A stretch of DNA of 64,000 bases from Eledone cirrhosa (lineage: Eukaryota), in assembly GCA_964016885.1 (NCBI GenBank), contig OZ024741.1:317068001-317132000 (forward strand), in the 5' to 3' direction. The position numbers and the translations under genes are program-made. The first letter of the stretch is position 1, and each line of letters opens with the position of its first letter. Shown here piece by piece: positions 38,501 to 53,400 of this stretch. The notes under the pieces were generated by a model, which ran no database searches, was not told where the DNA came from, and worked only from the letters and a program-made list of their open reading frames with translations.

Positions 38501-39328
38501 GTATCACATGAATATAGTTAACAAAGATGGAAATATTTTTAATGTTTGTCTCCAGAACAATCCTAGCTAACGATGGATTAGCTTTGTTTATTGTTTCCGC
38601 ATCAAAGCAGCAAATACGTTTTCGCTGAGGAGAATAATACACACACATACATACATGTATGTTTGCATATGTATGTGTGTATGTGTGTGTGTGTGTATGT
38701 GTGTGTGTGTGTTTATGTATGTATGTATGTATCTATGTATGTATCTATGTATGTATCTATGTATGTATATATGTATGTCTATGTATGTATGTATTTATGT
38801 ATGTATATATGTATTTATCTATGTATGTATGTATTTATGTATATATGTATGATAGGATATAATCATTGTTTAAATATACATAGTAAAGACGAGGAAGAGA
38901 AAATGTCTGACGCTATCGAACTGAGGTGAGGAAGTAAAGACAAACTTCCGAGTGTTGTAAGTTGAAATATATCCGGGGATCAGTGGTAGTAATGGCGGTC
39001 GGAAGTATTTAGGGTGGTTGAATGTGGTTTCTGTGTAGAGAAGAGTGGAGATGGGCTGTGATCTGACATCTATGGTTTATATAGGGGTGTCAGTGAGGGT
39101 TAGTATGTGTGTGTGTGTGTGTGTGTGCATATGTCTGTGTATGTGCTTCTCTCTGTGTGTTTCTGTGTGTTTGTGTGATGTAGTCAATGTATGTTTGTGT
39201 GTGTTAATCAGCCCCTGTGTGTGAGAGAGTCAGTGTGTGTCTGTATCTGTATATATATATATATGTGTGTGGTGGGGGTGTAGTGTAGTGTGGTGGCCTC
39301 TGTATGTGAGAGAGTCAATGTGTGTGTA

Positions 39329-39411
<83 letters not shown>

Positions 39412-39424
39412 ATGTGTCTGGGAT

Positions 39425-40260
39425 GTAGTGTAGTGTGGTATGGGGTAGTGTGTTGTGGTGGTTTAATGTAGTGTGGTGTAGTATAGTGAATGTGTGGCTT
39501 GGTGTTGTGTTGTGGTGTGGTGATATGGTGTAGTGTGATGTAGTAGTTTGATGTGCTCTGGTGTGGCCTAGTGTAGTGTGGTTTAGTGTAGTGTAAGTGT
39601 GGTGTGGTGGTGTGGTGTGTTGTTGTGTGGTGCGTGCAGTATGGTATGGCGTGGTACTGTATGGTATTGTGTTGTGTAATGTGGTGTGGCTAATTTGAAG
39701 TTGATTCTTATTTAAGGAAAATTTCTGCTAGAGGAGGGTTGCTGGCTGATGAAAGAGGTAATGGTGGTGGTTGTGGTGGTCGCGGTGGTGGTGATGGCAG
39801 GGAGGTACATTGAAACGTGGTGGTGGTGGTGATAGCAGAGGTAGAAGTGATGATGGAGGCGGTGGTGATGGCAATGGTGGTGGTGTTGGTGGCGGTGGTG
39901 ATAGAGAGGATGATTGCAAAGGTGATGGTGGTGGTGGTGGTGGTGGTGGATTGGTGATGGTGGTGATAGTGGTTGTGGTGGTGGTGGTAGTGGTAGTGAT
40001 AGTGGTTGTGGTAGTGGTGGTAGTGGTAGCGATGGTGGTTGTGGTGGTGGTGGTGCTGGATTGGTGGTGATGGTGGTGGTGGTGGATTGGTGGTGATGGT
40101 GGTGGTGATGGTGGTTGTGGTGGTGGTGGCGGTAGTGGTAGTGATGGTGGTTGTGGTTGTGGTTGTGGTGGTGGTGGTGGTGGTGGATTGGGGATGAAGG
40201 TGGTGGTGGTGGTGGTGGTAGAGATGGTGGTGGTGGTGGTGGTGGTTGTAATTGTGGTGA
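39425..40260. repeat. Degenerate 5-bp (GTGTA/GTGTG) repeat followed by a (GGT)n-type tract
   Basis: Directly visible low complexity. Confidence 0.85.
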
Positions 40261-40739
40261 GGGTGACCGAGCGTGTTGAAATGGTAACCCAAATGTTTGG
40301 GATACCATGTAGGCTATTGAGGCAAGAAACAAGCAAGAGTTCGACATTTTCACCCCGCACTTCATATTTAAAACATTATATTTGCCTGATGGACATACAA
40401 GTATCGTGGTTAGAAACCCGGAGCTGCATAGAGATGTTGTTGTTCTTACTATTGTTGATGTTATAGTTATTGGGGGTTTTGGGGGGTTTTTTTTCGTTGC
40501 CGTTATTGTCATTGTTGTTGTAGTCGCTGGTGTCGTTGTTACTATTGTCGTCGTTGTTGTTGTAGTCGTTGTCTTGTGTTTGTCGTCGTTTTTATTGTTG
40601 CAGTTGTCCTCTTCGTTGTTGTCGTTGTTGTTGTTATTGTTTAAAAGAACATCAAATTTTATAAAAGAAAACAAAACACTTAACACAATAAAGAATAGCA
40701 GAAAAGAGATAGAAAGGGAAAGACAGAAATAAGATAGAG

Positions 40740-40819
40740 GGGGGGGGGAGAGAGAGAGAGAGAGAGATTGACAGAGATAGATACATAGATAGAGAGAGAG
40801 ACTCAGAGAGTGACAGAGG

Positions 40820-40896
<77 letters not shown>

Positions 40897-40904
40897 GGAT
40901 AGAT

Positions 40905-40950
<46 letters not shown>

Positions 40951-40953
40951 AGA

Positions 40954-40988
<35 letters not shown>

Positions 40989-41021
40989 GAGAAAGAAAGA
41001 GAGAGAGAGAGAGAGAGAAAT

Positions 41022-41085
<64 letters not shown>
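40740..41085. repeat. Compound (GA)n/(GATA)n microsatellite
   Basis: Directly visible. Confidence 0.95.
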
Positions 41086-41594
41086 GCAATGGTCGATGAT
41101 GTCATTCATTGTGACACATCACGTGATTATCCTCTAAGATCAATGACCTCCACCCCTTTTAGTCTTGAGTTTTTAATACAAACATTGTCGTGCTTCCTAT
41201 AAACATGATGCACCAGAAGCAACAACAGCAGCAGTGAAGATTGCTACTGTTGTTGATGTGGTGGTGGTGGTGTTTGGCGGCGGAGTGCAACAAGTTTTAG
41301 TTGCAATGAAATATCACGTGATTAGTTATCGATTGCGTATGATTGGACAATGAAGTAGGAGCAGGTGCGTGACATGATGTTTTTAGATTATTTTTTATGC
41401 ATTTGTGTGACTTTGTTTGTGTGGTTTGTTGTTGCTGTTGTTGTTATTGTGGTTGTTTATGGTTGTTGTTTTTGGTTTTGGTTGTTGTTGATATCGTTTT
41501 TTTGTTGTTGCTGTTGTTGTTGCTTTCGTCTTTTGAACGGCATTGTGTGGGCTTGGCACAATGCTTTTTATTGTTGGTGATGAGATAGACGATA

Positions 41595-41595
41595 C

Positions 41596-41662
<67 letters not shown>

Positions 41663-41858
41663 ATTGCTGATGGTTGAGGAAGAAAATGATGATGCTGAAG
41701 AAGAAGAAAATGATTATGAGGATGATGATGATGATAATGGTGGTGGTGGTGGTGGTGGTGGTGGTAGTGGTGGTGGTGATGGTGATGATGATGATAATAA
41801 TGATGAAGAAGAAGAAGAAGAAGAAGAAGAAGAAGAAGAAGAAGAAGAAGAAGAAGAA

Positions 41859-41892
<34 letters not shown>
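41595..41892. repeat. Compound (GTT)n/(GGT)n/(GAA)n/(GAT)n microsatellite
   Basis: Directly visible. Confidence 0.95.
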
Positions 41893-43126
41893 AAGTGGAG
41901 AAGTATGTTGATAATGATAATGTCCTTCCAATTTTATAATACATTTAAATGTGACAAAATTAGCTGCTTGGTGGAGTTTTTGTATCCACCATTGAGGGTT
42001 GGTAGTGTTGCTGCAGATATTCTTCAGGTATAATGTCAGCTCTGATCAAACAGACATATTATCAAAGACGTTCCATTTGTGGTCACTCCATTCATTTCTT
42101 AAGTTATAAATTACATTATATGATATACATTATTTAGGATTATAATATATATATATATATGTTCTTTTATCTAGGCGGTAGGCTGTGCCGCCTCGGAAAA
42201 ATGGAATATAGCTTCTCAACTGCCTTCAGATAAACACTGCTTAAATACACGCATTGACTGCTTTAGCCGCTGTCCGCACGAAACAAAATACATTCTAAGT
42301 AAATGGTATAGACCTGACTAGCTAATTCTAATATTAAAGAATATATTTTCTTTGAATTACTAACTAATGTGTATGTCAAGGAATTTGGATTCTTTGAGTT
42401 AACTTAGCATAAATTTTCCCTACTCGTGATATTAGTTTGGTTATTTATAGCTATTTATAACTATTTTCGAAATTTCCTGCCTTTGTTAGAACTCGAATAA
42501 TCTTCAAAAAGGAAATCATATTCAACCACCAGAAGACATCTTTGATTTTATAGCAGGCTGAATGAGTTGGGGTGCATAACCCAACGAAAATTAAGTATCT
42601 ATATATGTCACTGTTTTAACTAATTATACAAGGGAGTTCGAATGAACTGACTCGTGTTGTTATCAAAGCTAAGAAGACAGTTGCAGAGATTATTTAGTGA
42701 GTTATTTTAGCTTTCTTCTGAACTTCTTGCCTATCCTATTTAACATTATAATAGAACTAGCTACATTTAAAGCAAAAAACACGTGTTTTGTTTTTGTGTT
42801 TTTTTTTTTTTTTCATTAAAACATCTGCTGGTGAATGCATTTGTCTCCTTAGCCTTGATACACAAGTTAGTTCATCCGAACTCCATTGAATAGACTTACG
42901 TGTATTTATATAATGTAAGACAGATTACTGATGGGGACTAATTGTTTAATTTACTGATTAACCGTTTTAATTATGGCAGTTAGTATTTTTTTTATCATCC
43001 GAAAATGCGGTATAAGAATATAATTGAGTTTACTAATTAAAACGTAAGTAAAATTGTTTTTGCTTTTAAATGTATTTTTGTTTGCATATTTTACTATGTT
43101 TTGGTTTCCTAAATATAATTATAATT

Positions 43127-43307
43127 GTTTCTACTTTAGGCACAAGGCCAGCAAATACCCAGTGCATTACTGGTACTTTATTTTATCGACCCCGTAAGGA
43201 TGAAAGGCAAAGTCAACCTCGGCGGGATTTGAACTCAGATCGTAAAGGGACGTAACTATGCTGGAAAGCATGGCGTCCGACCCTCTACCGATACTGCCAA
43301 TCCACCG
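43127..43307 (-). mobile_element. SINE family A (tRNA head, Deu/Nin-like central domain), near full length
   Basis: Reverse complement closely matches 58425-58610, including the A and B boxes. Confidence 0.9.
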
Positions 43308-43390
43308 TAATAATAATATGCACCGAAATTTTGATTTTTAGCCCTTAAAGTTCATTGGAGATCAATATAATTTATTTCGATCTATATATA

Positions 43391-43451
<61 letters not shown>

Positions 43452-44084
43452 GAACTGTAACGCTAATAATGTCCAACGTAACAGTTACAGTTGTGAAGTC
43501 TACAACAGTTACGTTTGCCATACTTTTTTCTCTAAATTGTGTTAGTCATCCAAAGTTTATTCATTTCGTCGGCCTGTAGACATGTTGGAGGAAATGATGG
43601 AATGGATGAAGCAAAAACTAAATAGATGAATAAATAAATAATATTAAATTAAATACAATAAAATAAAATAACCAACCCAATAGAAAAGTCGTTGTGGAAA
43701 TGTTTCGAACAAACAATCTCTTGAGGCCGTTAGAGATAAACACATTTATGAAATGAAATGAAATAAATGACCAAAAAACAACCCAAAGACATAAACAAGA
43801 ACGAGATCAATTAAATAGATACTGAAACCGAGTTATCAAAAAGTACTTAAACGGACATTCAAACAAGCTTTGAACGAACGAAAGAACATTCTAAAAAAAT
43901 GAATATATAACACAAGTAACAAGATGGCGTTAACTAAACCGTTATATGCAAAATTAATTAAAGCAAAAATATAAAAATAAAAAAATAATAAGAAACAAAT
44001 GAATAAAATATCAAATCAACAAAAAGAAACATTTGTTGCTGTTATGGACATTATGCTAATTGGCGATAGCAAAACAAAATAATA

Positions 44085-44109
44085 ATTATTATTATTAATG
44101 ATGTTGTTG

Positions 44110-44146
<37 letters not shown>

Positions 44147-44217
44147 CATTATTATTATTATCATTATTTTTATCATTATTATTGTTGTTGTTCAGCTTCT
44201 TCTTCTTCTTCTTCTTC

Positions 44218-44300
<83 letters not shown>
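44085..44300. repeat. (ATT)n microsatellite with a (CTT)n interruption
   Basis: Directly visible. Confidence 0.95.
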
Positions 44301-44301
<1 letters not shown>

Positions 44302-44463
44302 TAAAACGATTTGTTGTTACGGACAAAGATGTGTACAGTACTACATAACAAAAAAAAAATTAGCAATATGCTAATTGATAGGAACAAATTTCAAAGAATT
44401 AAGAAAGATAACACACTTCAATTATAAATGGAAGATTAAACAAACTAATTACTGAAGTGATCA

Positions 44464-44682
44464 TGGATCCTCCGTCGCTTTCGACAATGCACATCAAGCG
44501 GTTCGATAATCTGAATGCCCTAGTATTCGGTGAATTATAGTACAAATGGTCTGAGTATTCCACACACACACGTGTATACCCCTAACGTAATTCTCAAGCA
44601 TGATGTAGAATCAGCATGACGCTTTATATGACACGTTTCGACCTTTGAATTACAATTGGTGATGGAGCTTTCATCAGTTTTC
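44464..44682 (-). mobile_element. Degenerate 3' part of SINE family B
   Basis: GGATCCTCCGTCG..TTCGAC..TCAGCATGAC..CCTTTGAATTACA matches 53916-54059 and the reverse of 31400-31623. Confidence 0.55.
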
Positions 44683-45010
44683 ACGATAATCACAACCCCA
44701 AAACGAATAACAAGATGAAATCAATTTTGTCTCGTTATTCGACCTTTGACCTAATGTTTCTGAATAGCCGCTGTGATAATTTTCTCAGTGGCTGGGGTAT
44801 ATTCTGAGCGTTCTCAATTACCATCCTTAACATACCGAAAGCTCAAATTCTCTTTCATGTCTGGGATATCATTGGATTTTCACGCTTAGAACGGATTGCT
44901 GAAGATCAGAAATTGTTTGATTGTTCCATTTGTATCGTCCAATATTACATTTACAGAATTTTCCGACACAGCACTGTATTTGTTTTAATTGCTTATATAT
45001 ATATATATAT

Positions 45011-45087
<77 letters not shown>

Positions 45088-46133
45088 TGTGCACTTCTTG
45101 TCAGCAATAAAATACCATATATCCATATATCATTAATGCATGAATCTCAATTTATCTCGCACCATGTTAAGAATTGCATACATTACCTTACGAATGTACA
45201 TAAGTATACATACGTATATATATATATATGTATATGTGTGTTTGTGTGTGTGTGTTTGTGTATGACGGGGTGTTTGTGTGTGTGTGTGACTGTGGTTGTT
45301 TCCAGCGTGCCTGTGTATCTGTATGTTTGTATACTTAAGTGTATGTGTATGTGTTCTTGTGTACGTGCGTATCTGGTGTTCGCTTCTTCTTCATGCCTTC
45401 CCTTTTGTTGTCTTATTATGAATCTTAACTTCAATATGGTGAACTCCAAACCCTCCTATCTCCACCACTAATGGCAACCCAGGCAATATTTAACACATTT
45501 CTGCTCTCACCTTTGTCCAATAAGCATCATCGCCACCATCATTACTATCCCAACCAGCACCACAGCCAGCACACAACTACCATCACTATTCACCACCACC
45601 ACAACAACCAACGCACCACACATACATATACAATTATATATGCATATACGTGTGCACATACATATATATATGTATGTGTACCTGTATGTGTGTGTGTATC
45701 TGTGTGTCTGTGTGTCTGTGTGTCTGTGTGTTTGTGTGTGTGTCTGTGTGTCTGCGTGCGTATGTGTGTGTATGTCTGTGTGTGTGTAATATATACGTAT
45801 TGTACATAATACCAATACCATCTTGGAGAAATCAAAATCGAGGTAACAACATGAAATACCTTTTGACAACTAATTTCATCATGGCGTCTTTCTGTACAGC
45901 TATTTTGCTTTTTACATGGATATATATATGTGTGTATATATATATGTGTGTGTGTATATATGTATATACATACATACATACACACATATATATTTATACA
46001 TACATACATATATATATATATACATAAATATATATATATATACATACATAAATATATATATACATACATACATAAATATATATATATGTATGTGTATATA
46101 CATATATATATATATATATATACTTACATACAT

Positions 46134-46214
<81 letters not shown>

Positions 46215-46689
46215 TATATATACATATATATGCATATGCATATATATATGATGATGATGATGATGATGATTCCTTCTTTCTTATCAAGAGTGGTTCTGTA
46301 ACTTATTATTTTATTTATTTATTTATTTATTAGCTTTACTTATTTATCCATACATGTTTCTTCCTGTTGCTACTACGCATGTAGTAGTAGTAGTAGTAGT
46401 AGTAGTAGTTGTTGTTGTTGTTGTTGTTGTTGGTTTTGGCGATGGTGGTAGTTTTCTGGCATGTGTGGTTACATTATTTAGCTCTTTTGTTTTCTTTTTG
46501 TCTTGAGGATTTCTTCTGGTTCTCTCCCTTTTTTGTATAAATCTTTTTACAACCTATTCTTGCTGTTATTGCTGTTGCTGTTATCGTTATAGTGTAGGTT
46601 CTTGTTTTATCGTTTCCTATTTTATTTTTTTTTTTTATAAAGATCCCCTCTTAATTTTCTTTTCCTTTTTTTTCTGATACCTTCATTGC

Positions 46690-47050
46690 TGCTAATGTTG
46701 TTGTTGTTGTTGTTGTTGTTGTTGCTGCTACTGCTGCTGCGGCTGTTGTTGTTGTTGTTGCTGATGTTGCTGGTACTGCTACTGCTGCTGTTGTTGTTGT
46801 TGCTGAGGCTGCTACTGCTGCTGCTGTTGTTGCTGTTGTCGTTGCTGTTGCTGTTGTTGCTGTTGTTGCTGCTGATGCTGTTGTTATTGTTGTTGTTGCT
46901 GTTGTTACTGCTGTTGTTGCCACTGCTGCTGTTGTTGTTCTCTGTTGCTATTGGTGTCATCATCGTTGTTGTTGTTTTAGTGAGGGGGGTGGTTCATTCT
47001 ATTTTTGCTGTAGCTACTATTGATGATTTTTTAGTAAGGGCAGTTATTTT

Positions 47051-47139
<89 letters not shown>

Positions 47140-47140
47140 C
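46690..47140. repeat. (GCT/GTT)n, (ATT)n and (GTT)n tracts
   Basis: Directly visible. Confidence 0.9.
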
Positions 47141-47333
47141 TCCTTTTCATATGTTTCCTTAGATTTGGTAAAATGTATTTACTCCTTCATTTATATATTT
47201 ATTAAGTTATGCCTATTCACGAGGTATCCTACCAACACAACTGTTTTGTTAATATCTATAGTAGTGTTGTATTGCTCTTTTCATTGCACACTTTATTGCT
47301 TATCTGCTTATGCACGTACGTTGTTACTATTAT

Positions 47334-47426
<93 letters not shown>

Positions 47427-47717
47427 TATATGTTTATACATATATAGTGAGAGATAGCTTATCATGTTATGTACGTATGTTGTTAATGTATATATTTTAT
47501 ACATGATGCTACTTTCTATTTCTTTTCCTTTTATATTTCTATTAATATATGTTAATGAATTGTTGTTAATGTGCATACATATGTGCGTGTGTCCGCATAT
47601 ATATAAATATATATATGTGTGTGTGTGTGATTCGAAAAGTAAACGGAAACAACAAAGCAAACGACACAGTACAATGAAGAAATATATTAGTTTAATGCTT
47701 GACATAGTAGGAAAAGA

Positions 47718-47766
47718 GTCTCTACGTTTCGCACACTAGTCCTTCTTCGAAAGATGGAATGAGAAA
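47718..47766 (-). ncRNA. Degenerate hammerhead-like relic
   Basis: Minus strand TTCTCATTCCATCTTTCGAAGAAGGACTAGTGTGCGAAACGTAGAGA aligns with TTCTCATTCTTTCTTCTAATGAAGGACTAGCGTCCGAAACGTTAAA at ~34840. Confidence 0.35.
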
Positions 47767-48477
47767 TAAAAGATGAAATAAACGTTAAGAAAACGAAAAT
47801 ATTTCGGGATAAAAACGCACGTGTTTCTATCAGTCATTGAAACACATGCGGTTAAATCAGCTGGTCAGTGAGTATCTTAGATATTAGAGAGATTTTGAAA
47901 GGGAGATAATCCTCTTGTAGTTTCAGTAGGCATGTGTGTTCGCATGTGTATATGCGGTGTGTGTGCGTGTGTGTGTGTGCGCGTATATGTGTGTTTTTGT
48001 GTGTGTTTGTGTTGGTTTGTTCGTTTGTCTATGCAAACTGTGAAAGAATGTTCGTTAGACCGTAACAGAGCTAGCTGCTGCGAGAGTGTGGGGGTGTGAA
48101 CTGATCAAGCAAGGAGATATATCTATGTATGGAAAATTCTACATACATATTCATACACACACTCGTAGAAAGTCGCAATGGTTTGTAGAGAAAGGGAAGT
48201 GGTGGTGCGGGGCCGAGTTAATGTTAGGAAATATTCATAACCGACGGCACCACATCCCCGGTACTGGTTGCCACGCGAACAAAGCCGTGCAGGAGATACA
48301 AGCACATATGCACCCTCAAGCGAGAAACATGGAGTGCTGTGTGTCGGTAGTGTGTGATGCCCGAGGGCGTGTATATGCGTATGTGCGCAGAGAGCGGTAA
48401 TGATTGCTGACTAACAGAACTCGTCTAACAACATCAAGAGCTTGACAGATCACAACACTGTTACCCTTTTGTGTATA

Positions 48478-51400
48478 ACAGAGAACAGAGATCTGTATAG
48501 ATTGCTGACTGCTAGAGTTGGTCTGACAGAGAACCGAGATCTGTATAGATTGCTGACTGCTGCTAGAGTTGGTTTGACAGAGGACAGAGATCAGTGTAGA
48601 TTGCTGACTGCTAGAGTTGGTTTAACAGAGGACAGAGATCAGTGTAGATTGCTGACTGCTAGAGTTGGTTTCACAGAAGACAGAGATCAGTGTAGATTGC
48701 TGACTGCTGCTAGAGTTGGTTTAACAGAGGACAGAGATCAGTGTAGATTGCTGACTGCTAGAGTTGGTTTAACAGAGGACAGAGATCAGTGTAGATTGCT
48801 GACTGCTGCTAAAGTTGGTTTGACAGAGAACAGAGATCTGTATAGATTGCTGACTGCTAGAGTTGGTTTGACAGAGGACAGAGATCAGTGTAGATTGCTG
48901 ACTGCTAGAGTTGGTTTGACAGAGGACAGAGATCAGTGTAGATTGCTGACTGCTAGAGTTGGTTTGACAGAGGACAGAGATCTGTATAGATTGCTGACTG
49001 CTGCTAGAGTGGGTCTGACAGAGGACAGAGATCAGTGTAGATTGCTGACTGCTACTAGAGTTGGTTTGACAGAGAACAGAGATCTGTATAGATTGCTGAC
49101 TGCTAGAGTTGGTTTGACAGAGGACAGAGATCAGTGTAGATTGCTGACTGCTGCTAGAGTTGGTTGGACAGAGAACAGAGATCTGTATAGATTGCTGACT
49201 GCTAGAGTTGGTTTGACAGAGGACAGAGATCAGTGTAGATTGCTGACTGCTGCTAGAGTTGGTTTGACAGAAGACAGAGATCAGTGTAGATTGCTGACTG
49301 CTAGAGTTGGTTTGACAGAGGACAGAGATCAGTGTAGATTGCTGACTGCTAGAGTTGGTTTGACAGAGGACAGAGATCTGTATAGATTGCTGACTGCTGC
49401 TAGAGTGGGTCTGACAGAGGACAGAGATCAGTGTAGATTGCTGACTGCTAGAGTTGGTTTGATAGAGGACAGAGATCAGTGTAGATTGCTGACTGCTAGA
49501 GTTGGTTTGACAGAGGACAGAGATCAGTGTAGATTGCTGACTGCTAGAGTTGGTTTGACAGAGGACAGAGATCAGTGTAGATTGCTGACTGCTGCTAGCG
49601 TTGGTTTGACAGAGGACAGAGATCAGTGTAGATTGCTGACTGCTGCTAGAGTTGGTTTGACAGAGATCTCTATAGATTGCTGACTGCTAGAGTTGGTTTG
49701 ACAGAGGACAGAGATCAGTGTAGATTGCTGACTGCTAGAGTTGGTTTGACAGAGGACAGAGATCAGTGTAGATTGCTGACTGCTGCTAGAGTTGGTTTGA
49801 CAGAGAACAGAGATCAGTATAGATTGCTGACTGCTAGAGTTGGTTTGACAGAGGACAGAGATCAGTGTAGATTGCTGACTGCTAGAGTTGGTTTGACAGA
49901 GGACAGAGATCAGTGTAGATTGCTGACTGCTAGAGTTGGTTTGACAGAGGACAGAGATCTGTATAGATTGCTGACTGCTGCTAGAGTGGGTCTGACAGAG
50001 GACAGAGATCAGTGTAGAATGCTGACTGCTAGAGTTGGTTTGACAGAGGACAGAGATCAGTGTAGATTGCTGACTGCTAGAGTTGGTTTGACAGAGGACA
50101 GAGATCAGTGTAGATTGCTGACTGCTACTAGAGTTGGTTTGACAGAGAACAGAGATCTGTATAGATTGCTGACTGCTAGAGTTGGTTTGACAGAGGACAG
50201 AGATCAGCGTAGATTGCTGACTGCTGCTAGAGTTGGTTTGACAGAGAACAGAGATCTGTATAGATTGCTGACTGCTAGAGTTGGTTTGACAGAGGACAGA
50301 GATCAGTGTAGATTGCTGACTGCTGCTATTGTTGGTTGGACAGAGAACAGAGATCTGTATAGATTGCTGACTGCTAGAGTTGGTTTGACAGAGGACAGAG
50401 ATCAGTGTAGATTGCTGACTGCTGCTGCTAGAGTTGGTTTGACAGAGAACAGAGATCTGTATAGATTGCTGACTGCTAGAGTTGGTTTGACAGAGGACAG
50501 AGATCAGTGTAGATTGCTGACTGCTAGAGTTGGTTTGACAGAGGACAGAGATCAGTGTAGATTGCTGACTGCTAGAGTTGGTTTGACAGATGACAGAGAT
50601 CTGTATAGATTGCTGACTGCTGCTAGAGTGGGTCTGACAGAGGACAGAGATCAGTGTAGATTGCTGATTGCTAGAGTTGGTTTGATAGAGGACAGAGATC
50701 AGTGTAGATTGCTGACTGCTAGAGTTGGTTTGACAGAGATCTCTATAGATTGCTGACTGCTAGAGTTGGTTTGACAGAGGACAGAGATCAGTGTAGATTG
50801 CTGACTGCTGCTAGAGTTGGTTTGACAGAGAACAGAGATGTGTATAGATTGCTGACTGCTAGAGTTGGTTTGACAGAGGACAGAGATCAGTGTAGATTGC
50901 TGACTGCTAGAGTTGGTTTGACAGAGGACAGAGATCAGTGTAGATTGCTGACTGATAGAGTTGGTTTGACAGAGGACAGAGATCTGTATAGATTGCTTAC
51001 TGCTGCTAGAGTGGGTCTGACAGAGGACAGAGATCAGTGTAGATTGCTGACTGCTAGAGTTGGTTTGATAGAGGACAGAGATCAGTGTAGATTGCTGACT
51101 GCTAGAGTTGGTTTGACAGAGGACAGAGATCAGTGTAGATTGCTGACTGCTAGAGTTGGTTTGACAGAGGACAGAGATCAGTGTAGATTGCTGACTGCTA
51201 GAGTTGGTTTGACAGAGGACAGAGATCTGTATAGATTGCTGACTGCTGCTATAGTGGGTCTGACAGAGGACAGAGATCAGTGTAGAATGCTGACTGCTAG
51301 AGTTGGTTTGATAGAGGACAGAGATCAGTGTAGATTGCTGACTGCTAGAGTTGGTTTGACAGAGGACAGAGATCAGTGTAGATTGCTGACTGCTAGAGTT

Positions 51401-53225
51401 GGTTTGACAGAGGACAGAGATCAGTGTAGATTGCTGACTGCTGCTAGAGTTGGTTTGACAGAGGACAGAGATCAGTGTAGATTGCTGACTGCTGCTAGAG
51501 TTGGTTTGACAGAGAACAGAGATCTGTATAGATTGCTGACTGCTAGAGTTGGTTTCACAGAGGACAGAGATCAGTGTAGATTGCTGACTGCTAGAGTTGG
51601 TTTGACAGAGGACAGAGATCGGTGTAGATTGCTGACTGCTAGAGTTGGTTTGACAGAGGACAGAGATCTGTATAGATTGCTGACTGCTGCTAGAGTGGGT
51701 CTGACAGAGGACAGAGATCAGTGTAGATTGCTGACTACTAGAGTTGGTTTCACAGAGGACAGAGATCAGTGTAGATTGCTGACTGCTGCTAGAGTTGGTT
51801 TGACAGAGAACAGAGATCAGTGTAGATTGCTGACTGCTAGAGTTGGTTTGACAGAGGACAGAGATCAGTGTAGATTGCTGACCGCTAGAGTTGGTTTGAC
51901 AGAGGACAGAGATCTGTATAGATTGCTGACTGCTGGTAGAGTGGGTCTGACAGAGGACAGAGATCAGTGTAGATTGCTGACAGCTAGAGTTGGTTTGACA
52001 GAGGACAGAGATCAGTGTAGATTGCTGACTGCTAGAGTTGGTTTTACAGAGGACAGAGATCAGTGTAGATTGCTGACTGCTGCTAGAGTTGGTTTGACAG
52101 AGAACAGAGATCAGTGTAGATTGCTGACTGCTGCTAGAGTTGGTTTAACAGAGAACAGAGATCTGTATAGATTGCTGACTGCTACAGTTGGTTTGACAGA
52201 GGACAGAGATCAGTGTAGATTGCTGACTGCTGCTAAAGTTGGTCTGACAGAGAACAGAGATCTGTATAGATTGCTGACTGCTAGAGTTGGTTTGACAGAG
52301 GACAGAAATCAGTGAAGATTGCTGACTGCTGCTAGAGTTGGTCTGACAGAGGACAGAGATTAGTCTAGATTGCTGACTGCTAGAGTTGGTTTGACAGAGG
52401 ACAGAGATCAGTGTAGATTGCTGACTGCTGCTAGAGTTGGTCTGACAGAGGACAGAGATCAGTGTAGATTGCTGATTGCTAGAGTTGGTTTGACAGAGGA
52501 CAGAGATCAGTGTAGATTGCTGACTGCTGCTAGAGTTGGTCTGACAGAGGACAGAGATCAGTGTAGATTGCTGATTGTATGAGTTGGTTTGACAGAGGAC
52601 AGAGATCAGTGTAGATTGCTGACTGCTGCTAGAGTTGGTCTGACAGAGGACAGAGATCAGTGTAGATTGCTGATTGTATGAGTTGGTTTGACAGAGGACA
52701 GAGATCAGTGTAGATTGCTGACTGCTGCTAGAGTTGGTTTGACAGAGGACAGTGATCAGTGTAGATTGCTGATTGCTGCTAGAGTTGGTCTGACAGAGGA
52801 CAGAGATCTGTATAGATTGCTGATTGCTGCTAGAGTTGGTTTGACAGAGGACAGAGATAGTGGTGGTGGCTGACTGCTAGAGTTGGTCTGACAGGGGACA
52901 GAGATAGTGGTGATGGCTGACTGCTAGAGTGGGTCTGACAGAGGACAGAGATAGTGGTGATGGCTGACTGCTAGAGTGGGTCTGACAGAGGACAGAGATA
53001 GTGGTGATGGCTGACTGCTAGAGTGGGTCTGACAGAGGACAGAGATAGTGGTGATGGCTGACTGCTAGAGTGGGTCTGACAGCGGACAGAGATAGTGGTG
53101 ATGGCTGACTGCTAAAGGGGGGGGGTCTTACAGAGGACAGAGATCGTGGTGATGGATGACTACTAGAGTTGGTCTGATAGATTGTTGACTGCCAGAGAGA
53201 GTCTGGTAAAGAACAGAGATCAGTG
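48478..53225. repeat. ~4.7-kb minisatellite, 48/51-bp unit ACAGAGGACAGAGATCAGTGTAGATTGCTGACT(GCT)GCTAGAGTTGGTTTG
   Basis: About 95 units (length/period); 47-bp variant units from ~52850 to the right edge. Confidence 0.97.
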
Positions 53226-53400
53226 GAGGTCGCAGACTACCAAAACGTTGAGAGTGGCACTCCAGTGATAATGAGGATGATAATGATGAGGATGATGATG
53301 AAGATCATCATCATCATCATCATCATCATCACCACCACGATATATGTCACCAGTGTATGTAATCATCATCATCACCACCATATATGTGAGTGTTTGTCCT

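Noticed and set aside
48190-48420. Possible decayed GIY-YIG C-terminus upstream of the 47.7-kb hammerhead relic
   Set aside because: Only a vague resemblance; no diagnostic motif survives.
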